Assembly: GCA_030828745.1 (NCBI GenBank)
Contig: JAURBX010000001.1
Coordinates: 1 to 47,224 of the forward strand
Length of the DNA: 47,224 nucleotides
Direction of reading: 5' to 3'
DNA from: Flavobacteriaceae bacterium
GTDB lineage: Bacteria; Bacteroidota; Bacteroidia; Flavobacteriales; Flavobacteriaceae
The notes under the pieces are model-generated. The model saw nothing but the letters and a program-made list of their open reading frames with translations, made no database searches and was not told the DNA's origin. A program made the translations under genes and the position numbers. Of this stretch, positions 43,877-47,224 are shown in pieces. Positions within the stretch are counted from its first letter, which is position 1, and every line of letters begins with the position of its first letter.

Positions 43877-43968
43877 TTGTTACAGATGTAACATTTTCTA
43901 TAAAAATAACACGAAATGTTTGTTTATTATGCGACAACAAATTGTTTACTTAATATTGCACTTATATA

Positions 43969-44502
43969 ATGGTTAGAATTTTATCTGATTTTTTTTTACG
44001 ATACAAATTGAATAAGAAATTAAAGTCTTTGACTTCTGTTTCAAAAAAAGATTTAAATACGTTCAAAACGATGGCTGTCCTAATTCCTCAGGCCTATGAG
44101 ATTGATGAACAGCTTTTTTTATCGTTATCAAAAGCATTTAAAATTTCAAACCAAAACATTACAATCGTGGTATTTAGTCAAAGGAAAATAGAAGAACAAA
44201 GCGGAAAAATTCAGCGCAGAATTAATTGTTCTGACGATGCTGTAGGTTTTTGGGGAAATATAAACGAAGAGATTGCCTTGCTTTTTCAGCAAGAGTTTGA
44301 TTTATTGATTAATTATTTCGATAAAAAAACGTTGCTTCCTTCATTCGTTAGTGCTCATTGTCAAGCAAAAGTACGATTGGGCTTTTCCAATTCAAATCAT
44401 GCTTTGAACGATTTGATGTTCGCTATAGACCCTAAAGAAACAAAGCTGTTTCTTTCTGAATCTACAAGGTATTTGAAAACAATTTTAAAGAAAGTTAAAT
44501 GA
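43969..44502 (+). CDS. Hypothetical protein (177 aa)
   Basis: ORF with coding-like composition and ATGA stop/start overlap with dapA. No recognisable motif. Confidence 0.5.
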   Translation: MVRILSDFFLRYKLNKKLKSLTSVSKKDLNTFKTMAVLIPQAYEIDEQLFLSLSKAFKISNQNITIVVFSQRKIEEQSGKIQRRINCSDDAVGFWGNINEEIALLFQQEFDLLINYFDKKTLLPSFVSAHCQAKVRLGFSNSNHALNDLMFAIDPKETKLFLSESTRYLKTILKKVK

Positions 44503-45383
44503 ACTTGAAAGGATTAGGAGTTGCTATGGTCACTCCATTTAAAGAAGACGGTACTATCGATTTTGAGGCTATTCCAAGTATAGTTGAAAATATCGTTACA
44601 GGTCATGCAGATTATATTGTTGTTCTAGGAACAACTGCCGAGGTTACATCGCTTTCCGATTCAGAAAAAAAGGCAGTTATAAATTCAATTGTTCAAACCA
44701 ATCAAAATAAACTTCCTTTGGTAATTGGTATCGGTGGGAACAACACGGCTAGAGTAATTGAAGAAATTCAATCAACAGATTTAAGTCCTTTCCAAGCGAT
44801 ATTATCTGTTTCTCCTTATTACAACAAACCCACACAGGAGGGGATTTATGAGCATTACAAGCATATAGCATTGGCAAGTCCACTTCCTATTATTGTATAT
44901 AATGTTCCTTCAAGAACTGGAAGCAATGTTGAACCTTCAACCTTCATTCGATTGGCTGAAGATGTGGAAAATATTATTGGTATTAAAGACGCAAGTGGCG
45001 ATATGGATCAAGCCCAGCAGATGTTAAAAAATTGTGCTCCCCACATACAGGTTATCTCTGGTGATGATGCTTTAACCTTACCCATGTTATTGGCAGGTGC
45101 AGTTGGAACGATTTCAGTTTTGGGAAATGCTCTTCCAGTCCCTTTGAAAGAAATGTTTCATTTTGTTGAAACGGGTAATTTAAAAAAGGCTTATGCTCTA
45201 CATTATCAGTTATTGGATGTAATTAATCTTCTTTTTGAGGAAGGTAATCCTGCTGGAGTAAAAGCGTTGATGCAATCAATGGGCTTCTGTTCCAAAACAG
45301 TTCGCCTTCCCTTGATTAAGGCATCTAGTTCACTGCATGGACGCCTTCAAAAAGTCTTGGAAGCCACTATTACTACACATTAA
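44499..45383 (+). CDS. dapA: 4-hydroxy-tetrahydrodipicolinate synthase
   Basis: GTTAE, YNVPSRTG and the Schiff-base lysine context GIKDASGD. Confidence 0.95.
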   Translation: MNLKGLGVAMVTPFKEDGTIDFEAIPSIVENIVTGHADYIVVLGTTAEVTSLSDSEKKAVINSIVQTNQNKLPLVIGIGGNNTARVIEEIQSTDLSPFQAILSVSPYYNKPTQEGIYEHYKHIALASPLPIIVYNVPSRTGSNVEPSTFIRLAEDVENIIGIKDASGDMDQAQQMLKNCAPHIQVISGDDALTLPMLLAGAVGTISVLGNALPVPLKEMFHFVETGNLKKAYALHYQLLDVINLLFEEGNPAGVKALMQSMGFCSKTVRLPLIKASSSLHGRLQKVLEATITTH

Positions 45384-45458
45384 TTCAAAAAAAGATACTT
45401 TAACATTGTCTTTGGAATAAAAATTTCCAAAGTCGGTGATATTTAGTACTTTCGCAGG

Positions 45459-46286
45459 ATGAATTTTAAATCTATTTCATTCTTCAGTTTATTGCTGTTG
45501 TTTTCAACATTGATTTCTTGTAATGAATATCAAAAGCTATTAAATAGTGATGATACCTCTGGAAAATATAAGCAGGCTGAAGTATATTATAACAATGGGG
45601 AATATCGTAAAGCAAATCGATTGTTTGAGCAAATCATCCCTAAATACAGAGGAAAGCCCCAAGGACAAAGAATTATATTCTTTTTTGCAGACTCCTATTT
45701 CTTAACGAAAAATTACTATCTAGCTGCCTATCAGTACGAAAACTTCGTTAAGTCATACCCCGAGAGTGATCGAATTCAAGAAGCCACTTTCAAGGCTGCA
45801 AAGAGCTATTATTTTTCATCACCAAAGTATAGCTTGGATCAAAAGGATACTTATAAAGCCATCGAAAAGCTTCAAGTCTTCATTAATTTATATCCAGAAT
45901 CTGAATATATCAAGGAAGCCAATCAGATGATTTCTGAATTGCAGGAAAAATTAGAGCAAAAAGATTTTGAAATAGCGAAGCAGTATTACACCATAAGAGA
46001 TTATAAATCTGCCATCAAAGCAAGTGAGAATTTTATTTCAAGTTTCCCTGGTACAAAATACAGAGAAGCTGCACTTTTCAATAAATTTAAAGGCTCTTAT
46101 GTGATTGCCGTAAATAGTATCGCTTCAAAAAAATTAGATCGTTTGCTTGAATTAAAGCAACAATATGATGTTATTTTACGTTATTATCCTGAAACTTTGT
46201 TTTTGAGCGAGTTGGAGGATAAAATGAAAATTGTAAATAAAGAAATAGAAAAATTAAATCCAACTACTACAACCCTCACAAAATAA
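45459..46286 (+). CDS. bamD: Outer-membrane protein assembly factor BamD (TPR lipoprotein)
   Basis: Lipoprotein signal ending LISC and TPR-like repeats (YYNNGEYRKANRLFEQ). Synteny with rpoZ-coaBC. Confidence 0.8.
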   Translation: MNFKSISFFSLLLLFSTLISCNEYQKLLNSDDTSGKYKQAEVYYNNGEYRKANRLFEQIIPKYRGKPQGQRIIFFFADSYFLTKNYYLAAYQYENFVKSYPESDRIQEATFKAAKSYYFSSPKYSLDQKDTYKAIEKLQVFINLYPESEYIKEANQMISELQEKLEQKDFEIAKQYYTIRDYKSAIKASENFISSFPGTKYREAALFNKFKGSYVIAVNSIASKKLDRLLELKQQYDVILRYYPETLFLSELEDKMKIVNKEIEKLNPTTTTLTK

Positions 46287-46290
46287 AAAT

Positions 46291-46620
46291 ATGACTAAGT
46301 ATAGAGAATCAAAAGCTGCCCTAAATTCAAAGACCTATGACCGTAATAAGCTTGAGGCTGCTACGGAAAATATATATGAAGCTTTAGCCATTATAGCAAA
46401 ACGTTCGATTCAAATTAATTTGGACATTAAAAAAGAATTGCATGAAAAATTAGAGGAATTTGCTACACACAATGACAGTTTAGAAGAAATCTTCGAAAAC
46501 AAAGAGCAAATAGAAGTTTCTCGTTTTTATGAGCGTTTGCCAAAACCACATGCATTGGCGGTTGAAGAGTGGTTGAATGATAATATATACCACCGCAACA
46601 CAGAAGAACCTAATAGCTAA
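46291..46620 (+). CDS. rpoZ: DNA-directed RNA polymerase subunit omega (Bacteroidota type)
   Basis: NIYEALAIIAKRSIQIN resembles the omega core helix. Its position between bamD and coaBC is typical of Flavobacteriia. Confidence 0.6.
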   Translation: MTKYRESKAALNSKTYDRNKLEAATENIYEALAIIAKRSIQINLDIKKELHEKLEEFATHNDSLEEIFENKEQIEVSRFYERLPKPHALAVEEWLNDNIYHRNTEEPNS

Positions 46621-46622
46621 CG

Positions 46623-47224
46623 ATGAGCTTACTGAGCGGTAAAAAGATTTTACTCGGAATTTCGGGAGGAATTGCCGCTTACAAAACCCCCTTGTTAGTT
46701 CGTGAATTAGTGAAAAATGGAGCCGAGGTTAGAGTCGTGATGACCCCTACAGCGAAAGATTTTGTTACTCCATTGACTCTAGCGACCCTATCAAAATACC
46801 CAGTACTTTCCAGTTTTACTTCCACCGATCACGACAACCCACTTTGGAATGATCACGTAAAAATGGGCCTTTGGGCCGACCTCTTTTTAATTGCTCCTGC
46901 AACTTCTAACACCCTTTCTGCGATGGCTCAGGGGCGTTGTAATAATTTACTCCTTGCAGTTTATCTTTCTGCGAAATGCCCAGTTTTTATTGCTCCAGCA
47001 ATGGATTTAGATATGTTTGCACATCCTTCTAACCAAAAAAATATAAAGACGTTATCTTCTTTTGGAAATAAACTGTTACCTGTTGGAGAAGGATTTTTAG
47101 CGAGTGGATTGGAAGGGAAAGGACGCATGTTGGAACCTCAACAAATAGTGAATTATATTATTGATTTTTTCAATCCTAATTTGCCTCTTAAGGGTAAGGT
47201 TGTGTTAATTACTGCTGGGCCCAC
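46623..47224 (+). CDS. coaBC: Bifunctional phosphopantothenoylcysteine decarboxylase / phosphopantothenate-cysteine ligase, N-terminal part (runs off the window)
   Basis: KKILLGISGGIAAYK flavoprotein motif and PAMDLDM. Confidence 0.9.
   Translation, partial: MSLLSGKKILLGISGGIAAYKTPLLVRELVKNGAEVRVVMTPTAKDFVTPLTLATLSKYPVLSSFTSTDHDNPLWNDHVKMGLWADLFLIAPATSNTLSAMAQGRCNNLLLAVYLSAKCPVFIAPAMDLDMFAHPSNQKNIKTLSSFGNKLLPVGEGFLASGLEGKGRMLEPQQIVNYIIDFFNPNLPLKGKVVLITAGP

Noticed and set aside
43878-43897. TGTTACA-GA-TGTAACA palindrome after ligA as a terminator
   Set aside because: A 2 nt loop is sterically impossible. The effective stem is ~5 AT-rich bp, which is too weak to call.

Overview
This 47.2 kb window is low-GC core chromosome with Bacteroidota (most likely Flavobacteriia) character. 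Supporting signs are TAnnTTTG-type -7 promoter boxes, bamD-rpoZ-coaBC and dnaA-LMW-PTP-methyltransferase synteny, and a CarboxypepD_reg-type TonB-dependent receptor. Almost every gene is recognisable housekeeping. These include leuC/leuA, panB, dnaK, a complete menaquinone cluster (thioesterase-menF-menD-menB-menA-menC-CPBP protease-menE), an acyl-CoA carboxyltransferase, ettA and fumC. They also include the thrS-infC-rpmI-rplT operon, murQ, icd, trmD/rplS, htrA, dapF, mltG, dnaA, ribD, prmC, ligA, dapA, bamD, rpoZ and coaBC. I found no rRNA or tRNA genes, CRISPR arrays, transposases, integrases or recognisable defence systems. The most unusual observation is that the release-factor methyltransferase gene prmC is interrupted by an in-frame TAA exactly at its domain linker, with an ATG three codons later. 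This could be a split enzyme, a recent nonsense mutation or sequencing error, or, speculatively, a UAA-readthrough feedback loop on release-factor activity. Secondary curiosities: a 479 bp spacer between trmD and rplS holding a start-less 83-codon open frame. A CPBP intramembrane protease sits inside a men operon that lacks menH. A perfect 14 bp palindrome lies upstream of dnaK. A homopolymer-rich dnaA upstream region has no consensus DnaA boxes. infC can only start at a non-canonical ATA. An ArsC/Spx-family gene starts directly behind the rplT terminator. All functional calls rest on reading conserved motifs in the translated ORFs. No database search was run.
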